Positions 35,801-46,464 of a stretch of DNA of 64,000 nucleotides are shown here, piece after piece (the first letter of the stretch is position 1; each line of letters begins with the position of its first letter). Origin of the DNA: Lobosporangium transversale (Eukaryota); assembly GCF_002105155.1 (NCBI RefSeq), contig NW_019028982.1, positions 806,001-870,000 on the forward strand. Reading direction: 5' to 3'. The notes beneath the pieces are model-generated. The model was not told where the DNA came from. It searched no databases and worked only from the letters and a program-made list of their open reading frames with translations. A program made the position numbers and the translations under genes.

Positions 35801-36596
35801 TTGTCATTTTGATAGTGGGCGGTCTGAGTTTGACCCGATGGATGAGATTGGCTAGAATTAGAAGTGGGTCTGTAAGTATTTGCGCTAAAGAAACTCCGGT
35901 TTTGAGTCCTCCTGTTGTACGCCCGTTGTCTTGTCGGGTTAGTAGCCTGACGAACACTCTTTGCCAATTTGCTGGCTTCAATGAAGTCTGAAGTAGAGAC
36001 AATTGGTGGATCAACTGTGTCCTTGGTGACTGAAATTTTGTGCGCTTGGTAAACAAGGTCCTCCCTGTCGCTTGACATTTGCTGTGCAAGGTGTGCAATA
36101 TGTTCACGCATTGTCTGTGCGAGCTGTAAACACGCTTGTGCGACCGCAGGGTCAACTTCGTAGGAAAACATTTCCGTGGCAAATTGATCAAGTGGTCTTG
36201 TAAGGTTTGCCAATCGTGATTGATAGCGTGAGATTGTTTTGTCCATGGAACTGTGGTGAGAGGAAGAGTCGGGCCAGTCAATGAGTGCCGATTTGGGTGC
36301 AGAATAGGTTTGGGTTGTGTTTTTGGCAAAAGACTGCATCTCTTTAGCCATTTCTGTTGCATATGCAAGATCGTCTGCACGGTTTCCAGATTTATGTTTG
36401 AAAAAATCTTTCCCGTCCATTGCTGGGTAGTGGACGAGAATGGAGTCGTCAGGTGTAATTTCGTAAGCTGGTTCTTTTGGAACCAAGTAGGGGTTCGATC
36501 GACTGGATTCAGAGCTAGTCGAGAGAGCCTCAAGCCGGCTGGTGAGTGTAGCCAGCTGGCTCTGGAGAGAGTGTATAATTGGATCAGAAGTGTCAT
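32841..36596 (-). CDS. DIRS ORF3: tyrosine recombinase at the C-terminus of a 1251-codon frame overlapping gag and pol
   Basis: The C-terminal ~330 aa carry recombinase motifs LRPDD, PKE, ICPV, PKPRAIGS, GNWSS and KHYR. The frame is stop-free from ATG 36596. Confidence 0.88.
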   Translation of the reverse strand: MTLLIQLYTLSRASWLHSPAGLRLSRLALNPVDRTPTWFQKNQLTKLHLTTPFSSTTQQWTGKIFSNINLETVQTILHMQQKWLKRCSLLPKTQPKPILHPNRHSLTGPTLPLTTVPWTKQSHAINHDWQTLQDHLINLPRKCFPTKLTLRSHKRVYSSHRQCVNILHTLHSKCQATGRTLFTKRTKFQSPRTQLIHQLSLLQTSLKPANWQRVFVRLLTRQDNGRTTGGLKTGVSLAQILTDPLLILANLIHRVKLRPPTIKMTMVLFLGEAKIQGEGDEAEAEATKPLNPTRQVRHRLQASSRWPFTDLQRSMGSHNRQRMGQVGRLRGIQNPFPQTATDIQFNSVPSSSSSGGREGDRSRGNRTLSQKSNRGRFGPWFQEPNIHYPQENRGHSSSLKSKTVECLRLRAALQNGDDDDSMRNVTEERLYDKHRPIRRISSRTNPSRLSSLSTVPMEEPEISIPYTSLRALTLSASVHQSSQAFPQMGTTTRNSHISVPRRFDNPSQEQRTINPVHSTSARQVGSARIPHQGSQVYVDPVTENRPFRLHHQLPGYDCHSSEIQSQGHTARGRKATTKRRHFFKGTFFVRRESNGNIYGSVPSAIHDTESASPQEHSTKSQGSFLVGHGHPHGTSQGEPSMVEGAIDVMEWSVMDSTTDTNGHIHGCIGHRMGDRDQQSNMEWQMDSTRERPPHQLEGTTDSSSSCSTTNNTGQNDQHHMRQHDNDCTHQQVRRDEVSGTNETSGHVMASLPSNGDSTSDDIHPICIQPSGCTVTANDIAIGMEDQSPILSTTGTPMGATSGGPICVGTEQTATDICLMEIPSSCSEDRRPSTQLDRDGQPLHLPPMESSINHLGEDTDPETDSNSNNPMVAECNMVPNHQGDGSSTTNPDPSGSSPTSRRKRKRSPQQESTLVIDSMENKRRRKDLDAGLSPSAITLLDSAGANSKTRRQYLPTQEAFAVWAQQEGFDPSTPNAIAVVNYLCHARIIYSWSRNTTLNKKSAILKLYDDTSVITGNIYFQRFMAAMKSTGVFQMEHVSALDISPILSYFRMEDNVDLDMPKLSRKLCWLLGVCAFLRPDDIGCIDVSKSETNEKGLLLTIVFPKERRDGQRIIKSIFVGRHPNDKKICPVEAYTEYTRRIADTPLEIEHHKDQDYKFNPLMRFVKDKSKVLRVSTIGTFMNEITRRIPNLPSKRPPPKPRAIGSTLAAIAGVSTQDIMVQGNWSSDKVFNKHYRVSRKTNSNLTTSVFGSL
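33815..35794 (-). CDS. DIRS ORF2: reverse transcriptase / RNase H / adenine-methyltransferase-like domain
   Basis: The frame is open from just after TGA 35806-35804. It contains PAVGGRL...W, IDLSDAF, LPFGLS, AYLDD, YTDAS, HINWKEL, ADAPSR and VDLFAS...YICPPW. The first in-frame ATG is at ~35353, already inside RT. Confidence 0.93.
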   Translation of the reverse strand, partial: FFWARPKSKERGTRPRPRLPNPSIQPDKSGTDCRPAVGGRLQIYREAWALITDNEWVKSVVSEGFKIPFHKRPPISSSTAYQARVAAEEEKAIDQEVIALLAKRAIEVASGPGFKSRIFTIPKKTGDIRPVLNLRPLNAYVSERHFKMETMTTVCAMLQKNDFMTSIDLSDAFLHVLIHPDYRHYLQFQWKNRKFQFRTLPFGLSLSPLVFTKVLKPFLKWARRRGIRISAYLDDLIILAKNKEQSIQFTQLVQDKLAALGFLIKEAKSTLIPSQKIDHLGFTINSRDMTVTVPKSKVRDIRREAGKLLRKGATSLRELSSFVGKAMATSMAVFPARFMTRNLLHLKNTALKAKGASWSDTVTLTEPAKENLQWWKEQLTSWNGLSWIQQQTQMDIYTDASDTGWGIVINNQTWSGKWTPQEKDHHINWKELQTVLRAVQLPITQGKMINIICDNTTTIAHINRFGGTRSPELMRLADTLWRHCLATGTRLRTTYIPSAFNPADAPSRRMISQLEWRISRPFFQQLEHQWGPHQVDLFASAQNKQLPTFVSWKFHPAALKIDALQHNWTEMGNLYICPPWNLLSIILERIQTQKLTATVITPWWPSAIWFPTIKEMAVAPPIPIPREAVLPAVGSASDLLSKNPLWSLTAWRIRGDVKI

Positions 36597-36606
36597 ACTC
36601 GCTCAT
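35683..36606 (-). CDS. DIRS ORF1, gag-like protein
   Basis: ATG at 36606 (MSEYDTSDP); coiled-coil N-terminus, RLANLTRPLD motif, and a C-terminal FFG...RGGRGRGRG basic tail. It is the first ORF in the element. Confidence 0.85.
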   Translation of the reverse strand: MSEYDTSDPIIHSLQSQLATLTSRLEALSTSSESSRSNPYLVPKEPAYEITPDDSILVHYPAMDGKDFFKHKSGNRADDLAYATEMAKEMQSFAKNTTQTYSAPKSALIDWPDSSSHHSSMDKTISRYQSRLANLTRPLDQFATEMFSYEVDPAVAQACLQLAQTMREHIAHLAQQMSSDREDLVYQAHKISVTKDTVDPPIVSTSDFIEASKLAKSVRQATNPTRQRAYNRRTQNRSFFSANTYRPTSNSSQSHPSGQTQTAHYQNDNGSFFGRGQNPRRGGRGRGRGYQTPQSNQTSQAQTAGQQ

Positions 36607-37320
36607 TTGGAACTTCAATACGCTGGATGTGTTCCTGAGCGAGAAAAAAGAAGATAGAGAGTAGATCAGAGCGAACGCTAGATTTTATTTATTTTATTTT
36701 TAGTTTTTTCTCGGTCAGAAGGAATAAAAAGAGGTCACACATATGGACCATGGCTACGAGGATAATGACAATCCCACATGAAATGATAGCTCACTCACGA
36801 ATAGCGAATAAAAAATCAGCCACACAATGAACTCAGTCATCAATTTAGAATAACAATATGTTGGATCCTGGTTTGCGATAATAAGATAATGATGAGCTGC
36901 CCTGGTGTAATATTTTTGCGTTCTTTCGACCCAGCTTGAGGTTTAAGGGCAAGTTTGTCCTTATTGCGGTGGCATGCTTAATATATATTATCCTCACTGC
37001 AAACAATAATTGGCATTTATCACAGCGAGAACCGACCTATGATGTGCTCTTTGCTTTTTTTTTTTTTTTTTTTTTTTTACAAAACTATGGTGCCTATTTA
37101 AGTAATCAGCATCTTCGGCTTGAGCCCCTGAAGCAGACTAGTGATCACTACTACTATTATTCGAGTACTCAAAGGAATGGATAGGTGATTGCCACTTGCC
37201 CGACTGTGTTTTGGAACTACTTTCTATTTGATCATTTATCAATGAGGTTTAATGAAAGTGGACACTAAAATATTACTGTGCATAAATAAATCTTTTCCCT
37301 ACATACATGTCCATTTATTA

Positions 37321-40300
37321 CTACTTACAAGTAGGTTTACAACATATATGTCCTACATCGCACTCATCGCATATACTATAAGTTAATCTATGCCCATTGC
37401 TGTCGATTATTTCTTTCTCGTCCATTAACGTTAGGAGCTCTTTGAGAAGACTTTCTTTCAAGTGTGTCCTCGCTTCTGCCTCAGACGGATCCTTCTGTAG
37501 GCGGCCCCTGTTCTTATCAGAGAGAGGTAGAGAAGAAGGAGGAGAAGAAGATGAAGATGAAGAAGAGGGCGTCTTGAGCTTGAATGCTACGCTTCTGATT
37601 ATCCCGAGCCTTCTGCTTGCTTCATAGAGCCCAATCCGTGATGGGGCAGCAGCTGGTATACCTACTGCTCCACGTTCTTCGAACAGTTTCTTATTCACTT
37701 CACTTAAACCACCTACTCCTTGAATGGACGCATTCTCTGCATTCAGAACCATCTGCTTCGATGTCCACCTTAAACGATATTGGCATTGATTATGACCTTC
37801 TCTTGTATCTTCCCCTTCCTTTTCTGTTTCTGTTGTTCCTTCCGTCTTGCCTATCGTATCATTAAAAATATGCCACGTCCAAATTGAGCCATCATTACAA
37901 CCTGTCATCAGGAAGAAGCCGCCACTGCCTTCTGTGAATATCCTCCAAGTGAGAGTGCTAGTGTATACACCGAAATATGGAATGACGGCTAGACATTGGC
38001 CTGAAACTGGGTTCCACAGACGTACTGTCATGTCAATGCTGCCTGTAGCAAGATACATGGGCTTAGTGTCACCAACATCATTATCATCTGGCGGAGAATA
38101 TTCCATGACAGCGACAACACTGCTATGCCCCTCGAGTTTTTGCAACACCTGTCCTGACTCAATGTCAAGTACACTCACTGTCCCATCAAAGCCCCCTGAG
38201 AGGACTTCGCGTTGCCAACTAGATGATGATGGTGGGAATGCCAAAGAGGATTGCTGTGAATCAAAAAATATTTTACGGCAAAGTTGACCTGTTGTGGTAT
38301 CCCAGACAAGCATTTCCTTGCTGGATCCATTTGCAGCGATATAACGACTATCTGGTGAGTATGCGATGCTATGCGTGAGGTGAGGGATATCCAATGGACC
38401 TTCTAATGCGCGGACGAATTTCCCAGAGTGTGCAGACCATAGCTTGAAAATACCACCGGAAACACATGCCGCAATTTGTTGACCATCGGGTGAAAATGAA
38501 AGCCAATATACGTTTTCATTGGTTTGTGCTCCTTCGTGCTGTTTCAAGCTGAAAGCAATCTCTTGCTTTTGTGTATCCCATATAGAAATAGTGCCGTCAT
38601 AATTGCCGAAAGCAAGTTGGTAGCCACTAGGAGAGTAATCTAACCCTTTACATTGAATGTCCTGAAGCTCTTGTCGTTCCAAGGCGTAGATCAGTTCACC
38701 CGATCTTGTATCCCAGATGTGTAACGTCTGGTTATGGTCGCGGGAAGCAAGGTGTTGACCAATCGACGAATACTTGACAGAGTGGATTCCTCCCTTATGA
38801 CCTCGCAGCGTACGGATAATATCTCCTGTTTGCACATCCCACAACCGTACTGTACAATCATTGCTGCCTGAAGAGATCTGCTTTCCGTCAGGGGAGATAG
38901 CCATACAGTTGATTTGCTTAGTATGACCATATCGAGTCTCATTGTTGGAACGGGCAAGCTGGGAGTCCCATAGGCGTATCGTTTTGTCTTCACTAAACGA
39001 AGCAATCTGATGGCCACTTGGTGAGAACGCAACAGAAAATACCTGGCTTTTATGACCGTAAGCAGTGTTTAGCAACTGGCCAGATCTCGCATCCCACAGT
39101 CGGACTGTATGATCCACATTACAAGTCGCAATCTGTTCCCCATTTGGCGAAAATGCTAAATCTTGAACCCTGGAAGCATCGGTTGTTTCGAGAGCATGGA
39201 TGAGTTTACCCGTTTTTGCTTCATACACAGAAGTTGCAGTGTCATTCATCGAGACGATATGCAGACCATTTGGAGAGAACCTAACCTTCGGGTCATATCC
39301 AAACGGTTTGACCACCACCCACTTCAACATGCCTGTTTGAGCATCCCAGAGACGTACAGCGCCCAATTCATTAACAGAAGCGATCCATTGGCCATCAGGT
39401 GAATATGTGATACCAGAAAGACAGTCATCAGGGTCATTGAGTACCAGCTTTAATTCTCCTGACATTACATCCCACACACGTACCGTCATATCGTTACTGG
39501 CGGACGCAATCCTGTCTCCATCTGGCGAATATACCACGTCCACAACTGTATCTGTATGGTCTCCCCACTTGTGCTGAACCGCTCCCGATTGCGTATCCCA
39601 TATATACAAGGTACAATCTTCGCCTCCTGAGGCAATTTGGTGCCCATTTGGTGAGTAAACTATGCAGCGGACTTTATCTGAATGACCTTGATGGCTATGA
39701 ACAAGGTCACCTGCTGCTACATCATATACTTGGATCATATGCTTGTCATTACAAAAAGCAATGTGCTGGCCGTTAGGTGAGTATGCGAATTTGAAAGAGA
39801 AGACTGATAGGCCGGGCAGTGTTTGGAGCTTCTCCCACGAGGAAGAATCGTAGATGACAATTGTCCTATCGCGTGTGATAGCTGCAAGGGTCGTCCCATT
39901 TGGGGAGTAGCTGCCCCATCGGACCCAGGAGCTTTCTTCAATAACTGGCCATTCGCCTAATCGAATATCTATCATCCTAGAGTTACTCATGTCTGCTTTT
40001 CGAAGCCAGCTGCGATGCATCTTGGCTTTTCTCAAGTCTGCTCCCTGCAGTTGACAAGAATCAAAGATTCCATTGCTCAGATCTGCTCCCGGAATCCGGA
40101 TTCCCTGCAAGCTTGCGCCAGTGAACGATACTCCCGCACGAACCAAGACTGTGATGGCGTTAGCTGCTGCAACTCTCCATTGGCTGTCAGTTTTTGAGCA
40201 TTCCACATATGCGAGTAGCTGCTTTTTAAACATGGGCTCCAGCTGGACACGGTCCACCAGGAACTGAAGGATCGATGGCTCATCTACAAAGCTCCTCCAG

Positions 40301-43300
40301 AATAAAGGTGAAGTTGCATCAGGCACAGCTGGATCAGCATCCTCCTCATCCTCCATACTGTCCTGATTTTCAAAACTTAGAATAGAACTGGCGCTATTTC
40401 GGCGTTGAGAAGCTTCTGCTGATGCCTCGGCTATATTGATGTTGGTAGCTCTTCCTTCCTGTGGCTCGAATATGGCACGAGCTAAGCTGTACTCCAGGAT
40501 GGATCGATGAACAAATCTGTGCTGGTTGCCGGTGCGCTTCAGCGGCGAGGCTTCGCGCAGAAGGTATTTTCCATTTTCTCGGCTAAAGAACTCTTCTTTC
40601 CATGTGCCCTTGTGCTTGAAAGGTGAGTAATTCACAACTGGGTTACCACTTTGGTATCGATAGATTGCAATAGCCAGATCTATTAGATATTGAATCCCAT
40701 TTTGTGCAAAGCCTTCATCTGATAGAATCTGGAATGTCCTCCTGTCTTCAACTCCTAAAGACTCATATACTCGATTCTTGCCTCGCTCAAGCCAAAGCTC
40801 CACAAACTGGTCGTACAGTGAGACGCGCCTAATCTCCTTGCCTGTAAGACCATCATATGGGTCTACCATTCGAGGAAGGACATCCAATGATAGTGATAGT
40901 AAGAATGGGTTCTTCACGAGCTCTTTAAGGCTTGGTACTTGCTGGAGAGCGCGCTGGTAATCTTTAACACGCCACAGTGGGTCCTTAGACTCTACATAAC
41001 GCTTGATAAAGTCATCAATCTGAGTCTCGGTGAATGGAGCAATAACAGCTTCTTGGAATAATTCAACCTCGGCTTGGCGATGGCGATTTATAGGCATAAA
41101 GCGGCCTCGATAGTCTTTGCCAAGGTACTCACTGCGACAGCTAATCACCATTTTAGCATGCCACCCTTCATGTTGGTTCAGTCGATTGGTTGTGTGCAAG
41201 TTGTTGGCCTGCTTACTTTCGTCATATCCATCACAGATCAAGATAAACTTGCGATTCACCTTGAGCTCCTTGATCTGAGGTTCTGTAAAATCAGCCTTTC
41301 GCAACTGCTTGGCGACGAGATCCCGTTCAGGGTTGGCAATAGCTGGTAAACTGATGTAGAGAGGGATCCACCCTGTTTTATTCTTATAGCCCTCCCACAA
41401 ATACCGCTCTAATGTGAGATTGAAAGTAGATTTGCCTGCCCCAGAATCACCCTGAACGAGGAAGACTTCTCGATCGCTCGAAATAAAGTCCTTAATCTTG
41501 TCCATCAATAAAAATACATCGTCATCACGGGCCTGAAGGGTGGCTTTAGCAAATAATGGGATATAGAAACCTTTATCATCTTGGCTGGTGATGCGCTGCC
41601 GCTTGAGCTGACGTAGACTCTTCTCAACATCAGGTTTCTTCTGAACACGATCGAGCAATGATGGGGATGCGGGCGGGGGTAAAGTAACAATGATTGGATA
41701 TTGGCAAGGCGGCTCGTTCATACAAACTCTGTAAAGCTCTTGCTTACGGATGTCGCCATCATCAGCCAGTTCTAAGAGTACTTCCTCAGCAGCTTAAGGA
41801 TATTATAAAAAATTAATCAACCATTAAAAAAAAAAAATAAAAAAAAAAATAAAAAATTAAATGATTAAAAGGAATAGCAAGAATACAAAGACTAACTTAA
41901 TCCAGCTTACCTTGTAAATTATTAGTAGAATGCGATGAAAGTTTTTTGAGAATGATGAGTATCCATTGTTTGATGTGTGCATGGCTACCCCAGTCTGAGT
42001 CATTTTTGTAAATCTCGCCCAAGAATGAGACTGCATCTTGTCGTGTATCCATAGCCCAATGTAGATTAGCCGCGATTTGTCCTAAGCGCTGACATAGGCC
42101 CCATTGAAATGCCGGGTCCAGCCGACAGGGCACCTCACATACGAAATCTTTGAACTTTGTAAGTTCGCCTGTCTGCAGAAATGCATCCGCCATTCGTAGC
42201 GCTGGATACCATGCGGTCTTGCGAGCAAAACTTAAGCCTTCCTTCATGCATTCCATGAATGTTGATCCGCTTCCTACCAGTGATGTCGTACCATCATAAA
42301 TAAGTTTACTCAGGTTCACAATATCAACCAATGAAGGTAGCTGGGTTTGAACCTTCTCTAGCTCATTTATTAGTGTATTGATATCAAGACCCTTGACTGC
42401 GCTCACGACCCCGAATACACCTCGCAGAACCGCTGATGTGCGCCGCAGAAAAGTCTGCATGGTTGGTTCATCGTCAGGGATATATTGTAGTGCTTGAAAA
42501 GCATAGGCGGCATAGTAAACCAGGTAAGGATCCGAGCTATTTTTCAGCTCACTCAAGTACGCCGATAATGGCTCATGGAGTTGTTCACGCTTGAGACCTG
42601 TGACTTGGTTGCCAACCATGGTGTCAAGGACATGGGAAACTGTGACAGTCAATCGATAGATGTGATCGCTCGACTGGAAATGAGTGTCCTGTAGGCGGGA
42701 GCTGAGGATATTCAAAAGCGTGACAAGGTCATCGGATTCAAGGTGTTTGGGGTGACCATGCTGCATCGCCTGAGCCAGCCCTTCAAGCAGATGTGTATCG
42801 AGCATGATATTTTGGTTGATACCATTGGCGAGCGTCATTAGTAACTTTCTGAAGTGAACTTGTTCAAGGACTGGAGCTAAGGAAACAACCTCTGTGACAG
42901 TGGCCTCAGCCTTGACCCCGTCGTTGATGAACATATAAAGCAGATCCACCGCTAGGTTGTGTAACCGCTCTTTTTCATCTGTGTCATTTGCTCTAGTTAG
43001 AGACCATTCCCGCTCAGGCTCTGTGAGATCACTCAGTTGGATAGGAGTGTTTGGTAGTAGGCTGAGACAGTACACAAGCTGGTTGACGTTATTGAGTGGT
43101 TCGTCAGCGTTTGGCAAGCTGTATTTAGCGACAATTGGAGGCATATCCTTGTCAAAGATATCAGCAGGGATCGTGGCTATGTTGCGAGCTGGGACATTAG
43201 CTGAACTGACGTTCTTATTACTACCGTTGAAACCCCATTTTTCGGCTTTCCTGTAGCTCCTCTGAGCTTCTTCTGGATGGCCCAATCTTTGAAACATTTG

Positions 43301-43549
43301 TCCATGCTCATAGTAAGCAGCAGCAATGCCTTCACGCAGCGACGCCGTGGCTTTATCGGCAAAAGAGGTAGAGTTGAGAAGAGCCCTTTTCGCAGACCTG
43401 GGAATCCTTGAAAGCGCTCTGTCTGCATCCATGCAAAATTCCAAGACAAGGGCTGGTTGACCTGTATTCCTACGGGCGGTTTCCATATACGAGTTGGCGA
43501 GAGCCAATGCGATAGATGGCGATAAGTCACTACGTGAATCGCCAAACAT
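37321..43549 (-). CDS. NLR-like protein: helical/ARM-like N-terminus, NACHT, pentapeptide repeats, WD40 repeats; 2 exons (~2036 aa)
   Basis: An intron at 41910-41793 (GTAAGC...TAAG) joins the 550 aa and 1466 aa ORFs in frame. Walker A GDSGAGKS, Walker B FILICDGYDE, FVHRSILEY, pentapeptide repeats (ASLQG/ADLSN/ADLRK) and more than 10 GH...WD repeats. Confidence 0.93.
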
Positions 43550-44149
43550 GGTTTTGATCTTACACTCTATTTATTATTTTAATGAAGTAGATTATAAAGA
43601 TAAAATGTATTTAGCGATCAGGAGCTGCGTGCAGCAGCGAGCGAGTTGTTGGGACAATGTTTAAAAAAAAAAAAAAAAAAAAAAACATACGTTGATACGT
43701 TGGAAATTTACTTATAAATCGTGAGAAGAAAGGTTAGTGAATGATATATTATGATGGATAGGATAAGAAAAGGCGAGAGGTAGAATGGGGTCGAAAACTA
43801 AGAGAAAAAGAATGATAAGAGTGTGGCTGGTGTGTACAAAAACTTAAAGTGTAATAAAGTGGGCTCACAAGTTCAACATAACAAACAGGGGGAGGCAAAG
43901 TAAAACAAATGGCCTTGCAGTTTAATTAATTGTTTTGTAAGTACAGCAGTGCAATGTTTTGAGGCGAAACATAGATGGCACATTACTTCTGCTGTTCAAC
44001 CTCGATATTTTTTTAACATCAAGTTGCCATATTATTATATCTTTATCATTGCAAGTAATATATAGTCATTGAGGTGCATACTATCTTACCATTGTTACCA
44101 TTCAAGAATCCATCAAGGCCATCGACCATGCTACTGACGGTATCACTCA

Positions 44150-45960
44150 GTTGTTGAACACCTACTGACGACTTGAAGATCTTCTGAAGGATCAAGCGCA
44201 ATCCAAAGAGAGTACTGTTCCAGAAGGAAGAATAGCATTAGCAGACATAAAAGGGACAAACTACTTCCGAAGGACGACGCACTCGCCGCTTCGCTATAGT
44301 CTATAGCGCAAGGAATCGCTTCAATCTCCCTAAGGAAAGGCTCAAACCTATCTTTGCGAGCAGGCCCATGCGAAGTGACAATCATGTAATACAGGTATAT
44401 CCCTAATCTGGGAAATCAGGGTAAGAGTGCGCGGTTTTAGATTGGGGTGGCTGCCGGGGTACAGGGTTGTAATGGGTCTTGCAACGAGTCTGACAATCAG
44501 CACTATCGAAAACAAAAGTATAAATAGTATATCTAATGCTCTTGACAGAGGGGTATGTCCTTGGCATGGTTTCGGCCAATATAACAATGACGACCGATCA
44601 TTTCCATACAGATATTCAAAAGAGATTTGTATTCTGGTACATTTGGGGCCCTGAACGTGCCATCAGTAATGACCACTTAGAACTGTTGGGCGCTGCCGAT
44701 ACCAAACTATGCTCCCCTCGTTGATAGAGTTCGCCACTTGTCCCAGCTTGAGGATAGGACCTATCAGATATCAGAGACTATGGCGTTTGTGTTTGGGTAC
44801 AGCAATGTATACATCCTCCCAGACAATTACAAGATCCAAATGGCCTGAAGCGCCAGCGGAAGCAGCTTAGGTAACAAAATGATCGTCAGTGAAATACTCT
44901 GTATATGGTGTGCCCAGATATTTAACAGTAACACGCCTATGATGTGGCTATGGTAGCTATGGCTCATATCTCGGTCGCAAGACAAATTTTATTTTTGACC
45001 GCGAGCTGGGCTACTTTCTAGACATTTTAAGGCCTTAGTGGCCTTGAATGGGCATAAAGGAGCCGCATCTTGACGGCAATGATGCGGACTAAACTCTTCA
45101 ACAGAATGGGTTGATGAATAAACATGTATTCATTAACTATGTAATTTAGAGACGATATGTTCATGCAAAACATATCCTCCATCTTCTAGGCTGAAGCCCT
45201 TTTCTTCCCAAAGCACACTAATGAGCATGCTTATATCAAGGCCCTTGGCAGCACCAACAAAAAGCAGGTCTTGAAGAGCTGCTGATGTACGCTGGGGCGC
45301 TTGCGTAATCATCTCAATAACAGGAGTGTACTTGATACTTGAAAGGCAGAAATGACATAAACACTAGATGTGAATTAGAACTTTCTTCAATTCTTCAACA
45401 CACTCAAATATGTCGACAATAGCTCATGAGGCGTGAACAGCTTCATGACTCTGACTTAGTGTTCAACCATAGCATTGATGAGATAAGAGGCTATAGCAGT
45501 AAGTTGCTAGGCGAGATTGTTTAACTGGTGATAGATACCTGCATGCGAGGGCTAAGGACATCCGTGACCTTGATAAGGGCATCCGAATCAAGATGCTGAG
45601 ACGAGCCTTGCTGCACCATCTGAGCTCGACCTGCAAGTAAGTATGCGTCGAGCACGATCTTTTGATTGGTGCTGCTGGTGAGCTTCATAAGTAACATCTT
45701 AAACCAGCTATATCGCCCCTAATACAACGCTCTTGATCTTAGGCCCACCAATGGTGAATATATAACAATTGTATCCGAGGTCGGGCTATGCAGTTGCTCT
45801 TGTTGGTCTTTTCCTTTTCCGATTCTGTAAAATCAGTCGTCTGAAAGGGGAGTAGCTGGAAACAGATTAACTTGCACTAATAATCGTGTGTAAGAGGCTG
45901 GTAAGTTATATCTAATGATAATTGGAGGGAAGTCTTGGTCAAGGATGCCTACAGGTAAAT
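44150..45960 (-). pseudogene. Decayed paralog of the neighbouring NACHT-WD40 NLR gene
   Basis: Minus strand ~45700-45520 reads KMLLMKLTSSTNQKIVLDAYLLAGRAQMVQQGSSQHLDSDALIKVTDVLSPRMQ, matching RKLLMTLANGINQNIMLDTHLLEGLAQAMQHGHPKHLESDDLVTLLNILSSRLQ of the intact gene. HELLSTYLSVLKN follows (intact gene: HEPLSAYLSELKN). Many stops and frameshifts; the outer limits are approximate. Confidence 0.8.
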
Positions 45961-46433
45961 TGCGGTATTATGTTATGAATAGTAGATGCATATATCGACT
46001 TTCAACCGAAGATTAGATGGACGTATGGGATGCCTGAAGAGGTTGCTCTATTAAGTGAGTATGTGAGATGCAAAAGAATTGTATATGAAAACTATACATG
46101 TAATTATAACCATGCAAGAAAGAAAAAAAAAAGATCTTCTTTGAAAGGATCAAGTACAGAAAGCCATGTATGCACTACTATTTATTTAGAGGAAAAAATA
46201 GTTTCCAGGGGCATGCAAATGCACCAAGAACACCAAGGACTTGAGTTCTTTGCCTTGTTTTTTTTTTTTTATTTGCTTACGAGAAACTCAGCACTGCCAC
46301 TTTTTTTTTAAAAAAAAAAAAAAAAAAAAAAAGGATGAGTGGTGCAAAGCTCTCCCCTCTTTCCCTCCTTTTATCTAGAAAGATACATGTTTTTAGTTGT
46401 TAAGAATGAGCAACAGGGACGACAAAGGAAGGC

Positions 46434-46464
<31 letters not shown>

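Larger units (their letters stand above)
32560..36768 (-). mobile_element. Full-length DIRS1-type tyrosine-recombinase retrotransposon
   Basis: 94-bp inverted repeats at 32617-32710 and 36652-36745. The ICR at ~32747-32837 is complementary to both outer termini. gag, RT/RNase H/MTase and tyrosine recombinase ORFs are all uninterrupted. ATGA occurs at both junctions (32560-32563, 36765-36768). Confidence 0.96.

Noticed and set aside
35683..36600. Splice from GA|GTATGA after the gag ATG to the CAGCAGTAG acceptors as the route to pol
   Set aside because: By phase these junctions would enter the recombinase frame, not the RT frame, so they do not explain pol expression; there is no transcript evidence.
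41897..43549. 550 aa ORF as a separate gene
   Set aside because: A GT-AG intron at 41910-41793 joins it in frame to the NACHT-WD40 ORF.
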